Notes: generated by a model from the sequence alone, not told the origin. Numbered from the stretch's first letter, positions 37,514 through 48,084 are shown. The stretch is DNA of 64,000 bases from an uncultured Nitrospiraceae bacterium (GCA_964493915.1 CAZBQH010000200.1:12182-76181); one strand, 5' to 3'. Numbers and translations are program-made.

Positions 37514-38279
37514 CGCTATCCGCGCCGAGCGCGCCGGGGGATGGCTTGTATACTATCGAGCCGATTGCTCCCTGGATAGGATCTTTGCTGCAGCAGCATC
37601 CCCAGGCGAGGTGTTGAAACAGTCTTCGAAGACGCGAACGCGTCGCGTCGGGGAGTGGGTGGTGAAGGAAAGCCGGTTCAACTGCGGTCGCGGTCTCCTG
37701 AAACACACCTTCAGACGCGAGCGATATCGTCGCGCTTGGCGCGCCGCCTTGTTCCTTCACGCGCACGGCATCAGCGTGCCCGCCCCTGTGGCGCTGATCG
37801 AACGCAGCGCGGGCCCCGTTGTCCTGGGTAACGTCTTCATTACCGAATACCTTGACGGACACCACAACGTTGAAGATTATGCCCGAGGCCTGTTGGGCGC
37901 ACGCCAGGGGGATGTCGACGTCTTTCTGGCTGGCATCGCGGAGGCGGTGAACGCCCTATGCGCATCCGGCGCCTATCATGCCGATCTTTCCGGCAAGAAC
38001 ATCTACACCAAAGACGGCAGCCGCTTCTGGTTTATTGATCTCGATGAAGTCGTATTGAACCGGCCGTATACCGACAAACAACGCCTCGAAAATCACGCCC
38101 AGTTGTACGACTCTTTCTGCGACATCTGGGACTCGGATGTCCTTGAACCGTTCATAGTCCGGATGCTGCCCGCGTGCTATGATGCGCAAGCATGGTTGAG
38201 CAGAGTCCGCCGCGCCCAGAAACAGAGGCGCGACCGTCAGATTGCGATCTGGCGCAGACAGGGCAAACCTAGCTTCTGA
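37503..38279 (+). CDS. lipopolysaccharide kinase (Kdo/WaaP/InaA) family protein, second paralog
   Basis: The track ORF 37212.. overlaps the previous gene. ATG 37503 (MVDDAIRAERAGGW…) sits in ATGGTCGATGA, overlapping the upstream stop. Motifs are HADLSGKNIY and FIDLDE. Confidence 0.55.
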   Translation: MVDDAIRAERAGGWLVYYRADCSLDRIFAAAASPGEVLKQSSKTRTRRVGEWVVKESRFNCGRGLLKHTFRRERYRRAWRAALFLHAHGISVPAPVALIERSAGPVVLGNVFITEYLDGHHNVEDYARGLLGARQGDVDVFLAGIAEAVNALCASGAYHADLSGKNIYTKDGSRFWFIDLDEVVLNRPYTDKQRLENHAQLYDSFCDIWDSDVLEPFIVRMLPACYDAQAWLSRVRRAQKQRRDRQIAIWRRQGKPSF

Positions 38280-38380
38280 AACCGTACTGGTTCTTGCGAA
38301 CTACACATAAAAGGCGCAGCATAGACACCCGCGGCCTGGAATGACCCTATGCTGGACAGCGGCTTAATAGGAGATGCGAA

Positions 38381-39976
38381 ATGCAGATAACAGTCCAGAG
38401 GAATCATGTTGCCGAGTTCACTTTCGAGTCCACTGCGCAACATAGCGACCCCTACAACGAACTCGACCTGGACGTTGTGTTCACATCGCCGTCCGGCCGC
38501 GAACTGCGCGTGCCGGCGTTCTGGGACGGCGGCGGTTTGTGGAAAGTGCGCTTTTCGGGCAGCGAGCTCGGCGTCTACCGTTTCGAGTCGGTTTGCTCGG
38601 ATCGGGATGACCGTGGCCTTCACGCGCAGTCCGGCTCGCTTAGTGTGGTCCCATCAACGGGGCAATCCGATCTCATGGGCCATGGGCGCATCCGTGTGGC
38701 GGCTGACAGACGGCACTTCGAGCATGCGGACGGCACCTCCTGCTTCTGGGTGGGGGATACCTGGTGGATGGGGCTGACAAAACGCCTTGACTGGCCTCAC
38801 GGGTTCAAAGAACTTGCGGCGGATCGGGTCGCCAAGGGTTTCAACACCATCCAGATTGTCGCGGGACCGCTGCCCGATATGGATGCCTGGGATCCTCGGG
38901 GCGAGAACGAGGCGGGCCATCCCTTCGAGCGGGATTTCCTACGGATCAACCCCGCCTTCTACGACCTTGCCGATCTGAAGATTGCGCACTTGGTTGAGGT
39001 CGGGCTGATGCCTTGCATCGTGGGCATGTGGGGCTATTATCTTCCCCAGATCGGCGTCGATCGCGTCAAGCGGTTCTGGCGTTACCTCATTGCGCGTTAT
39101 GGGGCTTATCCGGTTGTATGGTGTATCTGCGGAGAAGGGAAAATGCCTTACTACCTCTCCAAACAGCCCGAGAAAGACGCAACCTTCCAGTTGAAAGGCT
39201 GGACGGAAGTCATGGCTCATGTGCGCGAGATCGACGCTTACCACAACTTGATCACCATCCATCCTACGCAGTTTGGACGGGAACAGGTCGAGGATCCGGG
39301 CCTTATGGACTTCGAGATGCTGCAGACGGGCCACGGTGATTTTGACAGCATCGTGCCCACGATTCAGTCTGTGCGTAAGGCAGTCGAGGCCCAGCCGCGG
39401 ATGCCTGTGGTGAATGCAGAGGTGAACTACGAGGGGATCATGGGGCGCGCGTGGCAGAACGTGCAGCGCTTGTGCTTCTACCATTCTGTTCTGAATGGAA
39501 CGACGGGCCACACTTATGGAGCCAATGGGATTTGGCAGATGAGCACCAAGGAACAGCCCTACGGGCCGTCGCCTCACGGCCGTTGCTGGGGCAATACCCC
39601 CTGGCGTGAGGCAGCACAGTTGCCCGGATCGCGGCAGATTGGCTTGGGAGGCCGTTTCATCCGGCGCTTCGCGTGGTGGGAATTCGAGCGGCATCCCGAA
39701 TGGGTTAAGCCGCCTGCCAATGGGGATGCTGCCTATGCATCGCTTGCCGTCGGTATCCCGGGGAAGTTGCGCATCGTCTATGCGCCTTTTGTTTGGGATC
39801 CGCCAATTCTCACGGCCTTCGAGCCGCACGTGAAGTATGAGGCAAGTTACTTTGACCCGATCCGAGGAAGCGATATTGCCTTAGGCGCTGTGGAACCCGA
39901 TTCGAACGGATTGTGGTGTCCGCCCCTGCCCCCTGAAATCCATGACTGGATTCTCGTAGTCCAGGCTTCTGACTGA
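38381..39976 (+). CDS. DUF5060 + DUF4038 (GH140-like) putative glycoside hydrolase
   Basis: 531 aa. The N-terminal beta-sandwich (…FTSPSGRELRVPAFWDGGGLWKVRFSGSELGVYRFE…) is followed by a TIM-barrel region containing FWVGDTWWMG, as in DUF4038/GH140 proteins. No signal peptide. Confidence 0.55.
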   Translation: MQITVQRNHVAEFTFESTAQHSDPYNELDLDVVFTSPSGRELRVPAFWDGGGLWKVRFSGSELGVYRFESVCSDRDDRGLHAQSGSLSVVPSTGQSDLMGHGRIRVAADRRHFEHADGTSCFWVGDTWWMGLTKRLDWPHGFKELAADRVAKGFNTIQIVAGPLPDMDAWDPRGENEAGHPFERDFLRINPAFYDLADLKIAHLVEVGLMPCIVGMWGYYLPQIGVDRVKRFWRYLIARYGAYPVVWCICGEGKMPYYLSKQPEKDATFQLKGWTEVMAHVREIDAYHNLITIHPTQFGREQVEDPGLMDFEMLQTGHGDFDSIVPTIQSVRKAVEAQPRMPVVNAEVNYEGIMGRAWQNVQRLCFYHSVLNGTTGHTYGANGIWQMSTKEQPYGPSPHGRCWGNTPWREAAQLPGSRQIGLGGRFIRRFAWWEFERHPEWVKPPANGDAAYASLAVGIPGKLRIVYAPFVWDPPILTAFEPHVKYEASYFDPIRGSDIALGAVEPDSNGLWCPPLPPEIHDWILVVQASD

Positions 39977-39984
39977 AAACGCGG

Positions 39985-40617
39985 CTACCCGGATAACGTG
40001 ACGGCAACCACGAGTTGCCCCGCGTCGAGATTCAGACCCCCGAGCAGCAACCGGCGCCCCGGGGCCACCAAACTTGTTGTGTCCAGCGCTTTGACGAGAC
40101 GCACCGGCGCTTCCGAGTTCTCGCTCCGTCGCGGCGTCAAGGGGCGGTACCCAAGAATAGGCGAGCTGCTGCGGTCTTCAGCCGTATCCTGGGTTTTCTT
40201 GCCGATCCGAAGCTGCAAGCGCGGCCGCTCCCAGCCTTTCTGTTCCTTGTCCTCTCTCTTCTCGACGATACGCGACTGGACGCGGATTCGCCCATCCGGA
40301 GCCTTCGCGACCGGCGTTACATAGAGCGTGTAGCGCCGATTGATGGGGAATACGGCTTGCTTGCCGAGTACCGTGCGCTTGCGGTCAGATGCGATCTTAC
40401 GGTAGGTGTCATAAGAGGCAAGTTTCCGGGTTGTATAGTCTCTGGGTTGCTCGAGCAGCTCCTCGAGCCACTCGAGGCCCGGGGCGTAGAACTTGGCCGG
40501 CCGATTCTCCTGAGTCGCCTGCACGGCCACGACCTCGACCGTGACCGGCTCTCCATCCCTTTCATCATCAGCGCCTGTCAACGTGAGAGCAAGTGTCAAT
40601 AGCACGAGCGTTTTCAT
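39985..40617 (-). CDS. secreted hypothetical protein downstream of anti-sigma factor
   Basis: Start taken at MKTLVLLTLALTLTG (signal peptide); its ATG overlaps the anti-sigma stop (ATGA). About 210 aa, basic, no recognisable family. Confidence 0.5.
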   Translation of the reverse strand: MKTLVLLTLALTLTGADDERDGEPVTVEVVAVQATQENRPAKFYAPGLEWLEELLEQPRDYTTRKLASYDTYRKIASDRKRTVLGKQAVFPINRRYTLYVTPVAKAPDGRIRVQSRIVEKREDKEQKGWERPRLQLRIGKKTQDTAEDRSSSPILGYRPLTPRRSENSEAPVRLVKALDTTSLVAPGRRLLLGGLNLDAGQLVVAVTLSG

Positions 40618-41069
40618 TGGATGTCTTTTCCTGTGACATTCACCCAAACGACCGCCGTGCCGTCTTCAGTAGAGTATGTATCGACGGTAGCCCCTTCGAG
40701 GTCCGTGCTGTACGATTCGACGACTGTGGCCTTCACAGACTGCGGCCCGCCGGTCATGATCAAAAGCGTTGCAGAAGCCACGATGATCGAGGCTGTTACC
40801 AGGGAGACTGCAGCCCACATGCCGGCCGAGCGGCGGGGGGGCGCCTCGAGCCGCTCGCGGATACCGTGCATGAATGCCGGAAACTGGGCATCCTGAATCT
40901 CCTCGCGGCGGGAGACGAGGCGAACACGTTCACGCAGAGTTCTCAGGCTTCTCAAATAGGAGGTGCAGTGGGGGCAGGACGCAAGATGCTTTTCTATGTC
41001 TCCGCTCTTGCCGGCCTCTTCACCGTCAAACCACTTTTCGATCTGTCTCGTCCAGCGGCATTTACTCAT
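40614..41069 (-). CDS. zinc-finger (zf-HC2) anti-sigma factor, single-pass membrane
   Basis: ATG at 41069 sits inside ATGAGTAA, overlapping the sigma-factor stop. MSKCRW…HLASCPHC is an HxxxCxxC motif. One TM (MWAAVSLVTASIIVASATLLI) and a short periplasmic tail. Confidence 0.55.
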   Translation of the reverse strand: MSKCRWTRQIEKWFDGEEAGKSGDIEKHLASCPHCTSYLRSLRTLRERVRLVSRREEIQDAQFPAFMHGIRERLEAPPRRSAGMWAAVSLVTASIIVASATLLIMTGGPQSVKATVVESYSTDLEGATVDTYSTEDGTAVVWVNVTGKDIQ

Positions 41070-41721
41070 CGGAGTAATCCTCCGCAATCCCCCTCTTCAA
41101 CAGAAAACGCTGCACTCTTTTCCGGGCATGATGAAGTCTGCTCATCACGGTGCCGGGGCCGCACTTCATCACCTTTGCCATTTCCTCATAGGACAATCCC
41201 TCGAATTCCCGGAGTACGAAGGCCGTCCGGTGTTTTTCTGAAAGGGTCCGTACAGCGGCCGAGATCGCTTCGCCTATCTCCGAGGCTTCCAACTGTCTTC
41301 GTGGGTCGAGTCCTTGGCTTGACACGTGCTTCGTTTCAATAGCTTCATCAAACGAGACGGTCTCGACTCGCCGTTTCTTCAAAAAATCCTTTGCTTGATT
41401 GGCGGTAATGCGCATCAGCCAGGTCTTGAAACTCGAGTCCCCTCGAAAACGTTTCAGCCCTCGGTAGGCCTTCACGAAAACATCCTGGGACAAGTCCCAA
41501 GCTTCCTCGCGATTCCTCACAAAATGATGGGACAGAGCAAAAACCTCGTTCCGATAGAGACGGACAAGCCCCTCGAACGCCCTGGAATCCCCCTTGCGGG
41601 CCGCTGCGACCAAGTCGGCAACCTCGCGTTCCCGCGCCGCCGATGGGTCGCTGACCTTGCCGGCATTCTCGCCTTTCCCGTCGCGAGAGAGGGCCGACTC
41701 AAAGGTAGCACTCAAGGGCAC
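41062..41721 (-). CDS. ECF-subfamily RNA polymerase sigma-70 factor
   Basis: 219 aa. Region 2 (…FVKAYRGLKRFRGDSSFKTWLMRITAN…) and region 4 (…LSYEEMAKVMKCGPGTVMSRLHHARKRV…). Confidence 0.8.
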   Translation of the reverse strand: MPLSATFESALSRDGKGENAGKVSDPSAAREREVADLVAAARKGDSRAFEGLVRLYRNEVFALSHHFVRNREEAWDLSQDVFVKAYRGLKRFRGDSSFKTWLMRITANQAKDFLKKRRVETVSFDEAIETKHVSSQGLDPRRQLEASEIGEAISAAVRTLSEKHRTAFVLREFEGLSYEEMAKVMKCGPGTVMSRLHHARKRVQRFLLKRGIAEDYSDE

Positions 41722-41859
41722 AACTCCTCACTCAAGAAACAAGACGAGGTAACAGCTGCCTTTATTCGCTTTGTCGCGACTGGCGGGGTCCGTTCTTGCC
41801 GGGAGCACGCCCGACCAATGCATGACTCTCCCATGTCCAGCGTCGCCTGCCTTGCCCTT

Positions 41860-42900
41860 CTAATACCCGCGTACCACAACAAATTCCGTGAGCCCCAACA
41901 TCGAGTCCCGATACGTGGAAGGCGGGATTCGGTCCAGGGCGACGCGGGCCTTCGCCGCATAGTTGCGTGCGAGGGATTCCGTTCGTTCGCGGGCTCCTGA
42001 GCTTTCGACGAGTGTCGCCACCCATTCCCGATCCCCGGCGCTTAAGGTGGCCCCGTTGAGCTTGTCCAGGTGCGTCCTGTTGCTCGAGTCTAACCCTTCA
42101 CGCAAATACGCTATCGGCAGCGTCTTCTTCCCCGCGACAAGATCTCCGCAAGCAGGTTTGCCAAGAACGCTGTCGTCTTGCGTCAGATCGAGCAAATCGT
42201 CAATGAGTTGGAAAGCCACGCCAAGGGCCATGCCGTACTCGTGAAGCGTATCGCGGTAGGTTCTGTCGGTCAGCAGAGCCGGGGTGCTGCACGTCACGGC
42301 GAACAGGCTGGCTGTCTTCTGGCGGGCAAGGCTGATGCACTGTTCCGGGGTCGCGTTGTCGGGCCCGAAACCAAAACTCTCAAGCTCGCCCTCAGCCATC
42401 TCGCGTACGGAGTCTATTGCGTTGACAATCACGTCGCAACAGTCGTAAACGCCCAAAAGTCTGATCGCCCGCGCGACCAGGTAGTCGCCTCCCAAAACGG
42501 CTGCATGGTTGTCCCACCTGGCATGCAATGAGCGCACGCCGCGCCGCATCTCAGCCTTGTCAATTACGTCGTCGTGCGCTAAGGCCGCCAGATGCAACAG
42601 CTCCATCGCTGTAGCCATCGAGACAAATCGCTCGAGGTCCGCACTTCCTGTCGCCCCTGCAGACATAAGCGCAAGCGCTGGCCGCAACATCTTGCCGCCC
42701 ATCCTCGGGGTCTTCATGCTTTCCCCGTGAACCAGCCGCAATGCTTCCGCCCAGAGTTCGCCCACGCCGTTGCGAACTGAGACAAGCTCCCCCTTCACGG
42801 GGTTGTAAAGCTCGGCCAATGTGACAGTTGTAGTCATTGAGGCTGATTTTAGCACAGCAAAACCGCTCCAATCGAGGGGAGTCCTGTCTTCAAAACGCAC
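41860..42900 (-). CDS. polyprenyl synthetase family protein (trans-isoprenyl diphosphate synthase)
   Basis: 346 aa. First aspartate-rich motif LAHDDVIDKAEMRRG, second DD-containing motif (GVAFQLIDDLLD). Confidence 0.8.
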   Translation of the reverse strand: MRFEDRTPLDWSGFAVLKSASMTTTVTLAELYNPVKGELVSVRNGVGELWAEALRLVHGESMKTPRMGGKMLRPALALMSAGATGSADLERFVSMATAMELLHLAALAHDDVIDKAEMRRGVRSLHARWDNHAAVLGGDYLVARAIRLLGVYDCCDVIVNAIDSVREMAEGELESFGFGPDNATPEQCISLARQKTASLFAVTCSTPALLTDRTYRDTLHEYGMALGVAFQLIDDLLDLTQDDSVLGKPACGDLVAGKKTLPIAYLREGLDSSNRTHLDKLNGATLSAGDREWVATLVESSGARERTESLARNYAAKARVALDRIPPSTYRDSMLGLTEFVVVRGY

Positions 42901-43098
42901 AATACGCGGTCGCTTCTCTTTCGCGATCTCAGCAACTCATGACCATCCGTTATCTTTCAAAAAAGCGTCAGGGTGGCTTTGTTTAGTTCTGCCCCGGCCA
43001 CTGGAATTTGCGTTGGTGGCGCGCTACAATCGCCGCGCAAGCGTCGCTTAATCGCCGTGTCAATACACGGCCAACAAGAAGGAAGAAGGGGTTTTACC

Positions 43099-44097
43099 GT
43101 GCTTCGCGTATGTGTGATCGGTTTAGGACCAATTGGCAATTTGCATTGCGATCAGTACCGAACGAGCCCGCTCTGTGAACTCGTCGCGGTCTGCGACATT
43201 ATCAGGGAACGTGCGGATGCCGCAGCGGAAAGACTTGGCGTTCCAGCGTTTTATGACGTCCAAGAGATGCTAAAACAGCTTCAGCCAGACCTGTGCGGGA
43301 TTGCCACCGGCGGCGACGAGTACGCCAGCGACCACTACAAACCGACCATCCAGGCCCTCGAAGCGGGATGCCACGTATTGGGCGAGAAACCCATTTCAAA
43401 CAATATCCAGGAAGCCGAGGAAATGGTCGCGCTGGCCAAAGAGAAAGGGGTGTGCTACGGCGTCAATCTGAACCACCGTTTTACGCCTCTCGCACGCAAG
43501 GCCAAACAATGGATCGAGGAAGGGCGACTGGGCCATCTGCTCTTTGTCAACATGGCCATGTGGATCAAAAACCCCCGGGAAAGCTCTCCTTGGTTTCAGA
43601 TAAAGGCCCTGCACCCTCACACAGTCGACATTATGCGGTATTTTTGCGGCGACATTGTCGCCGTTCAATGCTTCGCCACCAAGGCCCCAGGACGCCGCAT
43701 CTGGAGCACGGCCCACTTCTGCTTCAAGTTTGCCAATGGCATGGTGGGGGGTCTGACGGGGAGCTACGACATCGAGCGAGGCCACCCGATGGAACGATGC
43801 GAAGTAGCAGGGACCGGCGGCCGTTTCGTCCTGGACGACATGTTCTACGAATTGACGCTATACCCTGCCGGAACAATGGAGAAAACCGTCATCACCAACA
43901 CGGTTTTCGGCGACATCGCCGAGAAGACCTTCACCGACACGTTTCGCAATCGCATCCACCGCTTCGTCGAGCAAGTTGCTGAGGGCGCCCGACCCGACCA
44001 GATTGACGGCAGCGGGGCAGACGGATTGGCGGCCCAGAAGGTGCTTGCTGCGGCCATCGAGTCCATTCAGAATGAGACTGTCGTGAAGATAAGGTGA
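43099..44097 (+). CDS. Gfo/Idh/MocA family oxidoreductase
   Basis: GTG at 43099 with GGAAGAAGGGG upstream gives VLRVCVIGLGPIGNLH (Rossmann motif). The track's N-terminal extension from 42973 has no supporting feature. Confidence 0.7.
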   Translation: MLRVCVIGLGPIGNLHCDQYRTSPLCELVAVCDIIRERADAAAERLGVPAFYDVQEMLKQLQPDLCGIATGGDEYASDHYKPTIQALEAGCHVLGEKPISNNIQEAEEMVALAKEKGVCYGVNLNHRFTPLARKAKQWIEEGRLGHLLFVNMAMWIKNPRESSPWFQIKALHPHTVDIMRYFCGDIVAVQCFATKAPGRRIWSTAHFCFKFANGMVGGLTGSYDIERGHPMERCEVAGTGGRFVLDDMFYELTLYPAGTMEKTVITNTVFGDIAEKTFTDTFRNRIHRFVEQVAEGARPDQIDGSGADGLAAQKVLAAAIESIQNETVVKIR

Positions 44098-44113
44098 CTG
44101 GAGCTCTTTCCGC

Positions 44114-45220
44114 TCAGTTTTGTGCAATGTGGCCCAGAATGTCGAGACCCTTCAGGATGGTCTCGTCTTCGGCTGCGAAGCTGATTCGGAAATGGGTTTT
44201 CCTCTCGCTGAACACGCTGCCCGGGATTACGAGGAGATTGTTTTCAATCGCCTTGGCCACAAAAGCGTCGCCATCGCCGCCAGGTGCTTCTGGGAAGACG
44301 TAAAAGGCGCCTTCAGGTTTGACCACGGTGAAGCCGCGTTCCTTGAGTCCGTTGTAAACGAGGTCCCGTTTGCGCCGGTATTGTGCGACTTTCGCCGAGG
44401 GGTCCTGTTCCAGCGCGAGGACGGCAGCCTTCTGAGCGAAAGAAGGCGCACAAACAAACGTGTACTGCTGCAGCGTGTTCATTTTCTGGATGAGGTCCTC
44501 GGGACCGGCGGCAAATCCGACCCGCCAACCGGTCATCGCGGCCATTTTTGAGAAACCATTCAGAATCAAGGTGTTGCCGTAGATCCCGGCCAGCGATGCC
44601 CGCACGCCGTCGTAACTCAGCACCTCGTAGATCTCGTCGGATATGAGAAGGAGATCGTGCTTGCGCGCGACGCCCGCGATCGCCTCAAGCTCCTCGCGGC
44701 GCAACGTTGTCCCGGTGGGATTTGAAGGCGAATTGAGGAGCAAGACCTTTGTTCTGCTCGTAATGGCTTTCTCGACTTGCCCGGCTTTGAGTTTGAAGTC
44801 GGGATAGGTGTCTACCATAACGGATTTGCCCCCGAGCAGGCTCACGAGATGCTTGTACATCACGAAATACGGGTCTGCAAAGATGACCTCGTCCCCAGGA
44901 TTGATGGTCGCAAGGAGAGCCAGGAACAAACCGCCGGATACTCCGGACGTGATCATTACATTGTCAAGAGGCGCGCCGAAATGACGCTCGTAGTAAGCTG
45001 AGCATGCCGCCCGCAGCTCGTCGATTCCCCAAGTCTGGGTGTACTTGTTGTTGCCGGCGCGAATCTCTGCAATTGCTGCTTCTTTAACGGCGTCGTCTAC
45101 GTCGTAGTCCGGTTGGCCGATGCTCAGGTTCACAGGGTTCCGCAACTTCGAAGCCAACGCAAAAACCTTCCGTATGCCGCTTGCGTCAATGCGCGCCATT
45201 CTGTCCGCGATGTAGTTCAT
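44114..45220 (-). CDS. pyridoxal-phosphate-dependent aminotransferase (class I/II, aspartate aminotransferase-like)
   Basis: 368 aa. The NPSNPTG and SFSKMAAMTGWRVG regions, including the PLP-lysine region, are typical. Confidence 0.8.
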   Translation of the reverse strand: MNYIADRMARIDASGIRKVFALASKLRNPVNLSIGQPDYDVDDAVKEAAIAEIRAGNNKYTQTWGIDELRAACSAYYERHFGAPLDNVMITSGVSGGLFLALLATINPGDEVIFADPYFVMYKHLVSLLGGKSVMVDTYPDFKLKAGQVEKAITSRTKVLLLNSPSNPTGTTLRREELEAIAGVARKHDLLLISDEIYEVLSYDGVRASLAGIYGNTLILNGFSKMAAMTGWRVGFAAGPEDLIQKMNTLQQYTFVCAPSFAQKAAVLALEQDPSAKVAQYRRKRDLVYNGLKERGFTVVKPEGAFYVFPEAPGGDGDAFVAKAIENNLLVIPGSVFSERKTHFRISFAAEDETILKGLDILGHIAQN

Positions 45221-45571
45221 TTGGCACTCCTGTCGTTGTCAGAGCGGGTAGGTGTGAACAGACCCATTCTACAATGCGCGCGACCTATACGGCAACGCGC
45301 TGCGGCGTCGGAGACAGCACTCGCCTCGATGCTCGCGCCCCTTGCCGCCGATTCGGTTCGAGCCGACGCGTCGCTTTCTACTCGAGGATCGCCTTCACCA
45401 TCAGGTCCACAATCGGGCACAGCAGGTATGGTTTCAGGCGCCGTCCTCTTGATGGATTGCTCCGTTTGCGATATCATAGTAGTTCTCAAAAGGGTATGCG
45501 GGGGCCGTCGGCATGAGACCGGCGATCCAGGTGCGTCAGGCGACACTCCCATTCAAAGAAAACGAAAGGCT

Positions 45572-46153
45572 ATGGGGTTGTACGGAGCCAGATTTCTCAA
45601 ACAAGCGGTCCGTTTCCCTTTCGAAGTCGGCGCAATCGCTGCCAGCGGGAAGTACCTTGCTGAGGTCATCACGAATGCCGCGGAGGTCGCACAGGCGTCG
45701 GTGGTCGTCGAGTACGGACCGGGTACAGGCCCTGTCACGGAGGTCATCCTCCGCAAACTTCAACCGGGAGCGACCTTCTTCGCCATCGAAGTGATCGAGG
45801 AGTTCGTCGTTGGGCTTCGGACGCGTTTCCCCAATCTGACGGTCTACCATGATTCGGCCGCAAATATCCGGACCTACCTCGAAAAACACGGCGTGCCGGC
45901 CTGCGATACGATTGTCTCGGGTCTGCCTTGGACAGCGTTCAAAGAGAGTCTTCAGGACGAGTTACTGGACGCGACCCTCGGCGCCTTGCGAAAAGGCGGG
46001 CGTTTCACCACGTTCATGTATCTGCAAAGCCCTTTCTTCCCGAGCGGGAAACGCTTTGTTCGGAAAATGTACGCCCGGTTCTCGACGGTCGATTGCAGAA
46101 CGATCGTCTGGAGGAACGTGTTGCCGGCGGTCGTCTTTAGTGCGCTCAAGTGA
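45572..46153 (+). CDS. class I SAM-dependent methyltransferase (PmtA/rRNA-adenine-MTase-like small MTase)
   Basis: The track ORF starts at a TTG inside the aminotransferase. ATG 45572 gives MGLYGARFLKQ… with motif I VVEYGPGTGPVT; 193 aa. Confidence 0.55.
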   Translation: MGLYGARFLKQAVRFPFEVGAIAASGKYLAEVITNAAEVAQASVVVEYGPGTGPVTEVILRKLQPGATFFAIEVIEEFVVGLRTRFPNLTVYHDSAANIRTYLEKHGVPACDTIVSGLPWTAFKESLQDELLDATLGALRKGGRFTTFMYLQSPFFPSGKRFVRKMYARFSTVDCRTIVWRNVLPAVVFSALK

Positions 46154-46223
46154 ACGCGGTTTGCGGTGTTGCGGCGGCTGATTGAAGAATGCAATCTGAA
46201 AAAACCAGGGAAGGAAGCAAGGG

Positions 46224-46868
46224 ATGAAGTCTGCATTAATGGTATGGGGCGGCTGGGAAGGCCATGAGCCCAAACAATGCGTCGAGCGTTTTGTACCTGT
46301 GCTGCGAGCTGAGGGCTACCTGGTTGAGATCCATGACAATATGGACATCTACACGAATGAATCCAGAATGAAAGCGTTCGACCTTGTCGTTCCGTGCTGG
46401 ACCATGGGGGAGATATCTGCTGAGCAGTCAAGAGGATTGCTCGATGCCGTAAAGAGCGGCGTCGGAATCGCAGGATGGCACGGCGGAATGTGCGACGCCT
46501 TTCGCACGGACACGGAATACCAGTTTATGACGGGCGGCAACTGGGTCGCACATCCAGGGGGCATTGTGGGCTACGAGGTACACATCATCAAACCGGACGA
46601 TCCGATTGTTGCCGGACTCAGCGATTTCTCGATGCGGTCCGAGCAGTACTATCTCCACGTTGACCCGTCCAACGAAGTCCTTGCGACGACGACGTTCTCC
46701 GGGGATGCTGTCCCTTGGATCGCCGGGACCGTTATGCCCGTCGTTTGGAAACGGCGATGGGGCGAAGGGCGGGTCTTCTACTCGTCGCTTGGCCATGTCG
46801 CGAAGGACTTTGACGTCCCGGAGTGTTTTGAAATCATGAAACGCGGCATGCTCTGGGCCAGCCGCTAA
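46224..46868 (+). CDS. ThuA domain-containing protein (trehalose-utilisation-like, class I GATase fold)
   Basis: 214 aa. [11 protein letters not shown]… and [10 protein letters not shown]… are typical of the ThuA family. RBS GGGAAGGAAG. Confidence 0.7.
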   Translation: MKSALMVWGGWEGHEPKQCVERFVPVLRAEGYLVEIHDNMDIYTNESRMKAFDLVVPCWTMGEISAEQSRGLLDAVKSGVGIAGWHGGMCDAFRTDTEYQFMTGGNWVAHPGGIVGYEVHIIKPDDPIVAGLSDFSMRSEQYYLHVDPSNEVLATTTFSGDAVPWIAGTVMPVVWKRRWGEGRVFYSSLGHVAKDFDVPECFEIMKRGMLWASR

Positions 46869-46885
46869 TAGGAAGGCAATCGGGA

Positions 46886-47989
46886 ATGACACCTGTGAAA
46901 GTAGGCGTGATAGGATGCGGCAACATCAGCGATGCTTATCTCCATGTCATGAAATCGCTCGAGCGTGTCGAGGTGGCGGCCTGCGCCGATCTGATCAGGG
47001 AGCGTGCAGAGGCCCAAGCCGCTAAGCACGGCGTTCCTAAAGCCTGTTCGGTGGAAGAGCTTCTCGCAGATCCTGAGATAGGCATCGTCCTGAACTTGAC
47101 CATACCCCTGGCCCACGCCGAGGTGGCCCTGAAGGCCCTCGACGCGGGCAAGTCCGTCTACAATGAGAAGCCCCTCGCCGTAACGCGTGAGGACGGCAAG
47201 ACCATCATCGACCGCGCCCGGCAGAAGGGACTGCGCGTGGGGTGCGCACCCGACACATTCATGGGCGGCGGCATTCAGACCTGCCGCAAGCTCATTGACG
47301 ACGGCTGGATCGGCGAGCCCGTTGCTGCGACTGCTTTCATGCAGTGTCATGGGCACGAACACTGGCATCCAGACCCTGACTTTTACTACCAACCCGGCGG
47401 CGGCCCCATGTTTGATATGGGACCTTATTATCTTACGGCACTGGTGGCTTTGCTCGGCCCCGTCCGGCGCGTGGCGGGCTCGGCCAGAATCACCTTCGCC
47501 GAGCGTCTCATTACCAGCGAGCCAAGGCGTGGAACCGTCGTGAAGGTCAACACCCCTACGCATATCGCGGGAACCATGGACTTCCGCAGCGGCGCCGTCG
47601 GCACGATTGTGACCAGTTTTGACGTATGGGTTCACACGCTGCCCTGCATCGAGATTCACGGCACGGAAGGCTCGCTCAGCGTACCCGACCCGAACACCTT
47701 TGGCGGTGTGGTTCGCCTTTTCCGCAAGGGAGGCAAAGACTGGGCAACGGTTCCCCTCAGCCATGGTTACACGGAAAACAGCCGCGGAATCGGCCTCGCT
47801 GACATGGCCAACGCGCTTCAGTCCGGTCGTCCTCACCGGGCGAGCGGCGATTTGGCCTATCATGTGTTGGACATCATGCACGCCTTTCTGACCTCGTCGG
47901 AGAAAGGAGCTTATGTCGAGCTCGATAGTGCCTGTGAGAAGCCGCTGCCCGTACCCATGGACTTGAGACCGGGCACACTTGACCCGTAA
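46886..47989 (+). CDS. Gfo/Idh/MocA family oxidoreductase
   Basis: 367 aa. [12 protein letters not shown] Rossmann motif and the EKPLA motif. Pairing with an upstream ThuA gene is a common arrangement. Confidence 0.8.
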   Translation: MTPVKVGVIGCGNISDAYLHVMKSLERVEVAACADLIRERAEAQAAKHGVPKACSVEELLADPEIGIVLNLTIPLAHAEVALKALDAGKSVYNEKPLAVTREDGKTIIDRARQKGLRVGCAPDTFMGGGIQTCRKLIDDGWIGEPVAATAFMQCHGHEHWHPDPDFYYQPGGGPMFDMGPYYLTALVALLGPVRRVAGSARITFAERLITSEPRRGTVVKVNTPTHIAGTMDFRSGAVGTIVTSFDVWVHTLPCIEIHGTEGSLSVPDPNTFGGVVRLFRKGGKDWATVPLSHGYTENSRGIGLADMANALQSGRPHRASGDLAYHVLDIMHAFLTSSEKGAYVELDSACEKPLPVPMDLRPGTLDP

Positions 47990-48084
47990 ACGCCCGGCCG
48001 GTTTCTGCTAAAAAGTCAAGCCCCTGCGCGAGCGCCTCGGGGGTCGTTGCACAGGGGCTTGTGAGTTTCTTTTCGCTGGGAAGG

